A stretch of DNA of 64,000 nucleotides, from positions 34,472,001 through 34,536,000 of the forward strand of contig NC_090355.1 of NCBI RefSeq assembly GCF_035084215.1, given 5' to 3'. This document shows, piece by piece, positions 37,301-48,823 of this stretch (the stretch's first letter is position 1; each line of letters begins with the position of its first letter). The position numbers and the translations under genes are program-made. The stretch is from Heptranchias perlo. Lineage: Eukaryota. The notes below the pieces were generated by a model. That model worked only from the letters and a program-made list of their open reading frames with translations. It did no database searches and was not told the origin of the DNA.

Positions 37301-38625
37301 CCTCCTCTATGAGGCTCCTTAAAACCTACCTCTTTGACCAAGCTTGCGGTCACCTGTCCTAATATCCTTATGTGGCTCGGTGTCAAATTTTGTCTGATAA
37401 TCCTCCTTTGAAGTGCCTTGGGATGTTTTTACTACGTTAAAGGTGCTATATAAATGCAAGTCTTTCTTTCAAAAGGCTTCAGGAAGACATAATGGAATGA
37501 AAAGTGGGAGCTGCAGTTTAATGTAGATAAGTGTGAGGTGATCCACAATGGGAGGAAAAACAAGGAATGGGAATATACAGTCAGTGAAAAGACATTGAAG
37601 GGTGTGGGTGAACAGACACACCTACGGGTTCAAATAGATAATTAACTGAAAGTGTGGGTAGATAAAGCCATAAAAAAGGTTAATAGCATTTTGGGTTTTA
37701 TAAATAGGAGCGAAGAGTAAAGAGGTAATGATAATGTACAAAACATTGGTTAGATCACAGTTAGAGGTCTGTGTGCAGTTTTAGGAACCCTGTTGTAGAA
37801 AGGACATTAGAACCATAGAGAGTGTACAGTGTAGATTCACTAGGATGGTACTCGGGATGGGAAACTATAGTTGTGAGATAGAGACTCGATGTTGGGGCTA
37901 TTTCCACTGGAGCAGAGATGACTAAAAGGAGGTTTTTAAAATTATAAAGGGTTTTGATGGAGAGGATAGCGAAAGACTGTTTCCTCTAGTTGGTGAGTCA
38001 GTGACAAGGGGTCATTAAGAGAGTAAGGAGAGAGATTAGCAAAAATTTATTTTTTGAAATATTCATTCTCGGAATGTGGGTGTCGCTGGCAAGGCTGGCA
38101 TTTATTGCCCATCCCAAGATGCCCTGAGAAAGTGGTGATGCAGCTGAGTGGCCTAGCAAGACAGTTAAGAGTCAACCATGTTGGTGTGGGACTGGAGTCA
38201 CATTTTGACCCAGATCGGGTAAAGACGGTTTCCTTCCCTAAAGGGACATTAGTGAACCAGTTGGGTTTTTACGACAATCCGACAGCTTCATGATCACTTT
38301 TACTGATCCCAGATTTTTATTTCCAGATTTTTTTAAACTGAATTTAAATTCTCAAACTGCCCACGGTGGGATTTGAACTCTCATTCTCTGGGTTACTAGT
38401 CCAGGCTTTACACAAAGGGTTGTCGCAGCGTGGAATGCTTTGCCGCAGGGAGTAACGGAGGCAGAGACAGTTGAAGGAAAAGTGGAAGAAATACTTGAAA
38501 CAGTGAAAGATACAGGGTTCTGGGGAAACCTGGGGCAGTGGGATTAGTTTTGGAGTGTTCTTGCAAAGAGTTAGTCTAGACACAATGGGCTGAATGGCCT
38601 CCTGTGCTGTAAACTTCTATAATTC
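36480..38625 (+). mobile_element. Old fragmented CR1 LINE interrupted by SINE/L2 and other inserts
   Basis: Remnants GDLTIP..DW, KFADDTKVG (~36927), QFNVDKCEVIH (~37513), tail at ~38620. Confidence 0.6.
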
Positions 38626-40466
38626 AACCCTTACTGCTTGGGACGGTTCTCATTTTAGGCTCTTTTCGTTGTAGTTTTGTAGTTTATTTTAAGAAGTTGC
38701 CTACCCAATAACCCTCTCTTGACCCCCCCCCCCCCACCCAGCCCTGAGTGAGAATGTAACTGACCGCTGTTGATGACTGCCCAGCCAGCCTGGCTCAGTA
38801 ATGGGGCCTGAAGGATTGCTACTGAAACGGTTACATTGATAAATGGTTACAATGAAGAAATAGAAGGCCCTTCTAACTCATGCTCTTTTGCGAAGCAGTT
38901 ACCTTAAGGAGCATCTGCTTGCCTTTGACACCTTGATATGGCAATGCTCTTTGTCTGGGAATCAAACACATTACACCTTCAGTATCTGAAGTATACGTGC
39001 TCAGAGATCCAACCACCTCGAACGGCTCGACTCCCCAGGACTGTGACTCCTCATCAGAGAGCTGCGGCATTCGGAATTGAACAGTGACTGCCCCTCCCTA
39101 TCTCTGTGACCTCCTCCAGCCCTACGACCCTCCTGAGATCTCTGCACTCCTCCATCTCTGACCTCTTGCGCATCCCCTACTTCCTTCGCCCCACTATTGG
39201 CGGCCGTGCCTTCAGCCGTCTAGGCCCTAAGCTCTGGAATTCCCTCCCTAAACCTCTCCGCCTCTCTCTCCTCCTTTTAAGACCTATCTTTTTGACCGAG
39301 CTTTTGGTCACCTGTCCTAATATCATCTTATGTGGCTCTGTGTCTAATTTTGTTTGATAATCACTCCTGTGAAGCGCCTTGGGATGTTTTACTACATGAA
39401 AGGTGCTATATAAATGCAAGTTGTTGTTGTGACTTTATCAACAGTCAGAGACTGGAATTTAACTCATGCAAAATTATAGTACTCGAGCTGCAAGCCACAC
39501 GATGAGTGGTAAGTGTGGAAATTAGTCTCGGAGAATCATTAGCCCATGATTCCCACTTGGAGAGTCTTTTTCCAGGTCACGGGAGGGGGAGGGCGTGTGG
39601 ATTCAGCTCCTTACGGGTGAGGTGCTCTGTGAATTAAAAGAATAAGGATTACTTCACCGAAAGATGAGAAATCTTGCTTCCTACTTTTTCCGATCTTTTT
39701 TTTAAAAACAAAAATCACTCCATCCTATAATTTGCCTCTGGAAATGGTGTCTGAATTATTTAAATGCTCAGGTCTGTAAGGTGCACATGGCCAGAGGCAC
39801 CATGTGATATTTCAGTTGTGCTCTCGTACGTGGGATGGTGAACTTATTGCACGTGCGTGAGATCGCATCCGACTCGGGGTGGGGGGGGGGCTACAAGCCA
39901 CACGTCACGCGGGAGGGGAGCTGAGGAGAAATGTTTATATGCAGTGATCCCGGAGTTCACTGCCTGAAAGGGCGGTGGAGGCAGATTCAATAGTAATTTT
40001 CAAAAGGGAATTGGATAAATACTTGAAGGGGATAAATTTTTAGGGCTGTGGAGAAAGAGCAAGGGGGAGTGGGACTAATTGGATCGCTCTTTCAAAGGGC
40101 AGGCACGATGGGCCGAATGGCCGTCTCCTGTGCTGTAGGATTCCATGATCCAATCGCTCCCCTGGTTAAGGCGCCAGCTGCTGAAGAAAAGTTCAAACAG
40201 CTGCATCCCGGCTCCAGGAAAGCATGGGTCGTTACCATAGTAACTTGCCTGCATTAACCACAGCACTATACAGGCAAAGGAGGCTTGGTCTATTTTTGAG
40301 CACCAGAATTAAAAGGTAAGTTTATTTCAACTTTTTAGCAGAATACGAAAATGGGCCACATACTTCATGTGAAAGGGATGCCGCGCTGATGTTGTTGAAT
40401 TCAATGCTTATTTGACCCAGGATGGTTCACTTGCAATGTTTTGGTGTTTGTGAGTTCTGCATTTAG

Positions 40467-40930
40467 GTGTCGGCCTCGGCTCAGTGGGCAGCACTCTCGC
40501 CTCGGAGTCAGAAGGTCGTGGGTTCAAGCCCCACTCCAGAGACTTGAGCGCATAATCCAGGCTGACACTCCCAGTGCAGTGCTGAGGGAGTGCTGCACTG
40601 TCAGAGGTGCCGTTTTTCGGATGAGTCGTTAAACCGAGGCCCCGTCTGCCCCCTCAGGTGGACGTAAAAGATCCCACAGCCGCTATTCGAAGAGCTGGAG
40701 TTCTGCCGTGTCCTGGCCAATATTTATCCCTCAACCAACATTAACTTAAAAAAAACAGATGAACTGGTCATTTATCTCATTGCTGTTTCTGGGATCTTGC
40801 TGTGCGCAAATGGGCTGACATGTTCCCTACGTTACAACAGTGACTATACTTCAAAAAAAAGTACTTCATTGTAAAGCGCTTTGGGATGTCCTGAAGTTGT
40901 GAAAGGCGCTATATAAATGCAAGTCTTTTT
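40467..40930 (+). mobile_element. Full-length tRNA-derived SINE with Deu-domain-like core and L2-like tail (SacSINE1-like)
   Basis: A box cggctcagtgg, B box ggttcaagcc, core ggatgagtcgttaaaccgaggccccgtc, tail tgtaaagcgctttggga...ctatataaatgcaagtcttt. Confidence 0.85.
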
Positions 40931-41051
40931 ATTGGGATAGACGTCGTCTGTGTAGTATTCTGATCAATGGGAATGTCCAAATGTTTCACTGACCAGTGGG
41001 GCATGTTTGACAGTTTTTCTCTTTTCTGCCCCTCCCCCCACCCCCGACCAG

Positions 41052-41117
41052 GATTATCCGATCTCTGATGTCGACCTGATCCTAAAGAAAGCGAAGGAGC
41101 TCCAGGATGCTGCATAG
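41052..41117 (+). CDS. TBC1D13: TBC1D13 exon 12 (last coding exon, after a 13.6-kb intron)
   Basis: DYPISDVDLILKKAKELQDAA* after a polypyrimidine tract and cAG. Summed exons give 1194 nt = 397 aa + stop. Confidence 0.94.
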   Translation, partial: DYPISDVDLILKKAKELQDAA

Positions 41118-44100
41118 CAACAGACCAAACCCGCTCGATATTCCAGGAAACGTCCCACACGCACAGAGCAAATGTACGGTGGGAAAAGTGACCAAACCCG
41201 CCTCTGCAGTGCCTTCTGGGAGAACTTCTCCACACCGCAGTGCAGTGTGGGTAAATGAGGTCTTTTACTCTGTACTGTGCAATCCTGTGACCCCCCCCCC
41301 CCCCCCCTCTTTCCCCCCCACCCACCCCGGGAGGATCTCCCTCCCCCTCTGTCTGTGTGTGTCTGCCTCTCTCCCTCCCTCCCTCCCCTTCTCTCTCCAG
41401 TGTGAATGGATATGCACCAATGGTGCTGAGCAAGACATTAGTAATTGCATTCCGAATGAAAGCTTTGATCTTTTCTCCAATGAAAGTACATGGCAGCGAG
41501 ATAAATTAATAAATGACACTCATCACAGAGCTACAGGAAGGAAACGCACAGTGCTGTGACACTCTGTCAGTGCTGGAGGTTTACTCTCTGTAGTGCTGTG
41601 ATGGAGATGTCTGGACCTGACCTGTGACAGCTTAACCTTGAAAATAAACGGGTGAAAGCTCAGTCACTGAATCGGGCACTTGGATCTGTACTGTTCAAAC
41701 AGAACCAAAAACATTGAGCTATGTTGCTTTGAAATGCAAACTGTAAACTTCTGACCGCCTGGAGTGTTGCAGGATACAGTGAGGTTTTCTGGATCTTCAG
41801 TATCTACAGCAATACAGTGACAAAGATTGAAAGTTTTGTGTATTTTTGGGGACCAGGAGGTGACTGACGACAAATCTCAGGTACCCGGGCAATATTTTAT
41901 AGGTCTGCCCTGGCTTCCTGCAGTACCTGGATCTGTCACCGTGTGCCACTAGAGTGCAGTGCAAAAACTCTTTCGCAGCCACAAGGGACGTTTGAATGAC
42001 AATTTGGGTTTTTATACTGATTGTGGTTTCAGCCGAAGGTCTGGTAATTGCTGCTGATTTGGACAAATACAAGAACGCCTTGCTCCTTGAAATTTCAGCT
42101 GCTGTATCAGAGCTTAATGACTGATACTCAGCACAGATACTGAGATTTATTAACCCTCATTTGAGCCAGTAGCTATATCACTACAGTTATTTAAGCTTTC
42201 TTTCTACTACTCTCCAATCTCCCAGTTGAAGTCCTTTATAATTTTTTTAATAAGTGTATTGGTGTTACCTGTGTGGGGGGAGGGGGGAAGAAGGGTTAAA
42301 ACCAAGCGGTTTTGGGGTACATTGTCCAAATTGGTCACGTGGAATCAGTCACAAAAATCCGAATTGTCTTTTAAACCCCCCCCGACTCTTGCTCGTTTTA
42401 TGTTTGCTTAACAACACGGTTGTCAGAGAATTCACAGTTCTGTTTAAACGCTTGTGATGAAATGTTTACAAATTATGAAAGAACCCCTTCCCACCAGGGC
42501 CTGACACACACAACAAAAACTGTACAGGAGCAGTTTGTATATAGAAAGGGTGTCTGAAATTGTCACGTTGGATCTTAAAATGCCTGCCCCCAAAGTGCAA
42601 GTGACAGGTTTAGTAGCTAATACTGACATGGCTTGTCAGTCACATTGGTGAAGATTGACTCTACTGTCCTAAACCACTTGGACCCATGGAGTTTTTGATG
42701 CTCTCCTTTAATCTATCCATCTGCTACTTAATACTAAACCACCCTGACATTTCCATTAGAGGCAACTTTCCCTTTTTTGTTAGCACTGGATGGCAGTGTC
42801 ACACAGTGCAAACCAATTTCACCAGCGGGTGTTCACACATTTGTCTCCGAGGACTGCACAGGGAGTCTCTGAGGAGGGGGGGTGGTCAGGTATAGAGTTT
42901 TAAATCCCTGTTCCAATTAATCCCCATATATCCCGAGTCCCTGATGCTAACAGATCCCCCGGGGTTCAGATTCAGGATTTATCCACCAATGAGGCAAAAC
43001 AAAAACCCAGCCCTTTTCAAACCTCCAAGCCCACAATAGTCATAGGAACAGGAGTAGGCCATTCAGCCCCTCGAACCTGTTCCGCCGTTCAGTTAGAGGC
43101 AACTTGCCCTTCTGACTATGTCAGCCTTGTTGGTGACACTAGAGCGTGAACACCTAACTCGTCTGGATAACAGTCCTCTGTCACCTGTTTTCACCCCCCC
43201 GGGTTAACCCCTTTATTTTAAATGAGTCAACGAGCTGAGCATCATCCAAACATGCGTAGCATTCACCCATCGCCATCACTGACAGGCTTGTGTGTGATCT
43301 GCTACCCAGGGTCACTTTTTTGATTTTTGTTTGAGTTGCCCCGACACTGGTGCAAATGTATCATTGTCTGTGTTAAAATATTAACGCGTTATAACTGGGC
43401 AGGACAAAACCTTCAGTGCTTAATTCCCATTGATTTGAAAGCTACAATCCCAACAGTTCTTAGCGTAGATTGTATTCTATAATGAAGTGTGAGTGTATCA
43501 TAAAATCTAAGACCCTAATAGGCAGTCGATAATTAGCTGTGTTTGTAATGTATGCATGAGTCAGAAAACGTCACCTTTCTATTTTTAACGGTGACTGTTT
43601 GCATGTATTTAGAATCATCCCAGGGTTAAAAATCTACGTCCAGTGTGTGTAATATCGAGGTTTATCTTTTGATAATTGAGGCAAGTGATTTGTAAGTTTG
43701 CAACATCCCACAGTTTTCACCTGACAGCACAACTTTCCTGATCAGATCTCCCCACCCCCTCCAGTAGTGCCAGCTGTGTGTTTAAGTGCCAGGGTTTGGC
43801 CCACCTAACATTGGAGGGCCTCTCCAGCCAGTTACTGTACCAGTTGGTCTTGCGATCGGCCAGTTCTCTGCTTCTCTCCAAACCCGGCAACGTTTAAAGT
43901 TAAGAGAGTCTGAATGAAAGTGCCTGGAAGCGGAGTGCTAGTTAACTGCAAGGCAAAGTAGAAACTTTCTTCAGTGTTAAGTGGACAAGAGGGACAGAAC
44001 ACTGGCAACTTTTAAGCGCACCACTGATCAAAATTAAAGTGCTGGTGAGGAGGGGGCGGGGGTAGAATCTGCAAGGGATCCACAACCTGCAGTTAAAATA

Positions 44101-47100
44101 TTCCCACTTAGAGCCATCTGCATTTTCTGCCCAGTGATGTTTGGCCCAGTAGATAATTGTCTTTTTTTTTGACTGTTACATCTTCAGGATTTGTCATAGT
44201 GATGTGATGTCAAGATTTGGAGCGTTCTGTGCGGTTTTCATGCTCTGGGGCCCGTTCTTTCTCCCGTTGCACCTTTCTCAGACTGCTCAGCCTTGTTCTC
44301 CGGGAAGTCACTTGTCTTTTGAGGGGGAACGGGGGGGGGCCCTTTCTGATTTGTTCAGAATGCCAAAAAATAAAAGCCTTTGTTTTGCTAGTACTGGATG
44401 GCAGTGTCGCACAGTACAAGCCAATTTCACCAGGGTGTGTTCACCCGTTTCTCCAAGGGGCTACACAGGGAGTCTTGGAGGAGGGGGGTATCGGGTATAG
44501 AGTTTAAATCCAATTAATCCCCATGTATCCCGAGTTCATGATACTAACAGATTCTGGGGTTCAGATTCAGAATTTATCCACCATTGAGGCAACAGTACTT
44601 TCCAAACCTCCAGGCCCACAATTTTCATAGGAACAGGAGGAGGCCGTTCAGCCCCTTGGGCCTGTTCTGCAATTCAATTAGATCAAGACTGGTCTATCTC
44701 TTAACTCCATCTACCTGCCTTGGTTCTGTAACTCTTAACTGAGATTGTTAGGGCACGATATTTTGAAATTTTCAATTGAGCCCCAGCCTCAACAGCTTTT
44801 TGGGGGAGAGTTTTCCAGATTTCCACTCCGCTTTGTGTGACGAAGTGCTTCCTGACATCACCCCTGAACGGCCTGGCTCTAATTTTAAGATTATGCCCCC
44901 ATGTTGTGGACTCCCCCCACCAGAGGAAATAGTTTCTCTCTATTTACCCCCTCAACTCCTTTTAATCATCTTAAACACCTCAATTCATTCATCCCTCAAA
45001 CGGGACAAACCAACGAATAAGGAAACCTCAGCCCAGGAAGGTTGCCTGGGCTCAGAGTTGGATTGCTGGGACTTGGGCTGCCCAGGAGCCACATTTTGGA
45101 CACTTCTGCTCGACACTAAGGGACAGTGTCCTCGACCAGCAGCCAGGTGCTGCACTCCAGGACCAAACCAGTTTTTTTCTAAGCCCATCATACTCTCTTT
45201 TCTCCCTCCGTCCCCCATCAAGGGGAAAATTCCAAGTAACAAGAGTTCTTGTACCTTGCAAGCTCATCTTCATTTCCTTTCTCTGACTGCATGTTAGCTC
45301 AGCTTTTGCCTCCTCCAGCCTTAACCTTGCCTAAGGAGGCAATGTTTGGGCTTTGTCACTGGAGGGTTAATATCAGCATTTCTCCTCCATCTTTGCCCCA
45401 TTTCTCTCACGGTATCTGAGGGCAAAGGTCATTCCACTGTTAATGCCGCACAGATTCTGTTCTCTTAACCCCCTTGAGTTTCGTGCTCGAGTGAATTCAC
45501 GCCTGCAGTTGTGTGGCAAGATTGTGTCAAAAGGTGAATTGCTTCCAGATTATGGACTGGGAATACAATGATGCTTTTATTTGTTTTTAATTTTCAAATT
45601 TGTGGATATATTTTGTGGGGTCATAGTGTACATCAGACCTGTGTCGATTCAGTGTATTACATATTCCTTGTGTATGGAAATGCAAACTTTAAAGTATGTA
45701 ATCGATATCTCAGTGGCTAATAGTCCATAGGACACTGGTTTTTGTATTTGAAACAAAATTTACTTGTTTGGGAAGTAAGTAATGGAAATATATTTTAAAA
45801 AATTCGACCTTGTTCTGGTTAATGTAGTTTTGAGATTTTGGTTTCAAAAAGCTGGGGTTTTTTTATATACAGTTGCCCTGTTAAGCTCTGGCAATAGTAC
45901 TAAGTGCTCGTAACTCAGGTAAAAGAAAAATCAACAGCATTTCAGGGTAGATCTGCATTGAGTGGGCTTTGCAAAACAAACTGACACTGCCCTAAGACTG
46001 CAGTATTGATCCCAGTTCGAGAACATTCCCCTTGTGAGTTTCTACACACACTCTGTCTCTCTCGCACTCTGTCTCTCATCATCTCTCACACGCCTGCGCT
46101 CACTCTGTATTTTGCCTGTCTCTCAACACCTTGCATGAGACATAACAAATAAGTCTCTCTCTCTCTCTCTCTGCTTCTCACTCATTGACACTTTTGTGTC
46201 TCACGCACGCTGTCTCTCTCTATATCTGTTGGGGGAGTAATGGCAGTGGTGGTCAGTTTTGGAACAAAGAGCATTAAAATAAACCTATAACAGAAGGTGT
46301 TATTTCTGCTACTGCCCAGTATTATTTTAGAGTTGATTGAAGTAGGTTGAAAATGGTTAGAATTGTGTTCATTTATAACTAGATATGAAATGACCGGTGT
46401 CTTAATTGTGTTATGTTGACGTCACAGAGACCTGCAGGACACGTTAACACTAAAGAGAGACCAATACCACCTCCACTGAGCTGTTTCACCTAATTACAAT
46501 TATTCTTGTGTATCTGCCTTATTGTAAATCTTCATCGCTTTTTTTTAAAGCCAGGCCTTGGTTGAAATAGATTCTCTCTTGGATATGAGGGTTAGAGTGG
46601 AGGGGACTCACAGCACGATGTATCTGTGAGGGCAGCTACGATGCTTGGGGGGGCAGGGAGATTAGACACTCGGGTGACTCCAGGTCAAACCGACCTTTCG
46701 TGTCACACTTGCACTCGGCTCCCCCCAGGAGGGCAGTTTTTGGCCAAGTGGTCTCGGCCAATGGAAAGGAAAGCACTGGTAAGCTTCCCACTGCTTGCGG
46801 GGTTGTCTGGAGCAGAGTGGGGAAGGACCCCGGCCCCTAATAGAAGGGGGCTGCCCCTCCTTGGACCCATTGATGAGCCAGGTTGGCGGATCAGTGATCC
46901 AGCTGTGGAGTACTGCACATCTGCCTGGCTCAGATATGGGATTGCTGAGTCTTGTGGAGAGTTAATGTGGTTCTGTACTCCCAGAACAGAGAGAGGCCCT
47001 ATCAAATACTCCACATCTGTCCCTGATGTTTCTTTGCAGAAAGGTGTGTGAGGTGAGGCAGCAGCTATAATTATGTTACCTCCCATCGAATTGGAATACC

Positions 47101-48823
47101 TGACCTCTGAGAACCCAACTCTCAGTTGGATTACAGCTGATGCATTCACCCGCCATCATTGTAATAACCAAAAAATGTAGACATGAGCATCTGTGGGTGA
47201 ACCCGGGAGGGAGCAGAGAGAGGTGGAGTTTAGCAATCACTATAACCAGAGCTAATCCCTTTGAAACATGAATGACCAAAGCTAGTGACTCCCCACTCAC
47301 GAGTACTGAGGTGTCACTATGACTGCTGTAGGATACTACATACAATAAAGCTATTGATATGTTTGTGACTGTTACTCTATGTAAACTGTACCAAACCGTG
47401 TGCCATCAATGTCAGCAGGACTGGGGGGGATAGATAGCCTATTACTGTCCTGTACACCTGATTATGTGTCTTCATTAAATTATTTGAGAAGGGCCAGTAA
47501 GGCAGCAATGAAACAGACCTCGACACTAAATTACAGAGCAGATGCTGGCGGGAATGAATGCCAATTGCTAATGCATGATGTATAGAAACTAGAATATATT
47601 GCACTGTAGGAGCCAGTAACTTATTTTTGCATCACTTATAATGTAGGCTCTTATTTCGTGCCTGAGGCTGGCCATTCAGTGAGTGGCAGGTTTTTAATTT
47701 GTTGCATGTCACACAGGTCAAAAAATCCAACTAAATTAACTCGATGTATCAGAAATGCAACAAAACAAGGAAAGAAATCATTTATCTTCTACACGCTAAC
47801 TTTGTTTTTACTGGACTACGAGTAAATTATTTAAAGGGATCACATTCTTTTTTTCTGTTATTTTTGGATTAGTAGCTTCCCACCTCCCCCCAGTGTCGTC
47901 ATCTGTCCGATGGCACTTGGTTACAGTAAACATAAGTGTGGTGCATTATCCAAACTCTGCCAAACTTTAACAGAAACCCCTGCATCTTCTACAAATCGTA
48001 AGTCTCGAGCTCCTTTATGGAGGTTTTTTTTTGGGGCCAATTCATTTGGATTTCTTCCGTGTAAGCTCCTGATTGTGTATCTGTTTTAATGAAGGTTTAT
48101 TTACTGTGTGATATTTCCCCTGAAAAATGTGCACTTGTATTTAAAAAAGAAATTTACAAATTCTGCTCAATGTCTTTACCTGAATTTTAGAATTGAAAAA
48201 ATTTGGTAGTGTATTCTGTTCAACGCACTCAGCGTTTAATTGTTATGTTTCGGAAAAAAATGAATTAAAAAAAAAACTATCGAACATTATCATGTTGGTT
48301 GCTGTTTGCGTAGGGCTAAAATTTAACCAAAAATTGAGGAACACCGTGAATATTACGTGATTGGTTTGCGGGGAATACAACCCAAGTTGGGGGAGGAGAG
48401 AAGACTGCAAGATGAGCATCATCCAATTATCGCCATCCTGCCCACACTCTTCCTCCTCATAACATCCTCACTGTGTGGAAACCATCACACCATAGAATCA
48501 TACAGCACAGAAGGAGACCTTTCAGCCCATCGTGCCTGTGACGGTTCTTTGAAAGAGCTATCCAATTGGTCCCACTCCCCTGCTCTTTCTCTTTTCCCCC
48601 CCCCCCCCATAGCCTTGCAAATTTCTCCTATTCAAGTATGTATTTAATTCACTTTTAAAAGTCCATCTCCTACTCCAATTCATTCTTTTCCAGGACTTCA
48701 CATACTTGTGGAACTCCACCTCTTTCACTCTTCCCTTCCTTCAGGTACCAAAAAAAATGATCAAAAAGGCTAATGAAATGTTGGCCTTTATTTCAAGGGG
48801 GTTGGAATGCTTCAGCTGTAAAG

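Noticed and set aside
40478-40540. tRNA-like A/B boxes (also ~25660 and ~33890-33945)
   Set aside because: SINE heads continuing into core and tail; not tRNA genes.
27456-41051. Possible nested gene in the 13.6-kb TBC1D13 intron 11
   Set aside because: Only TE fragments and non-coding sequence were recognised.
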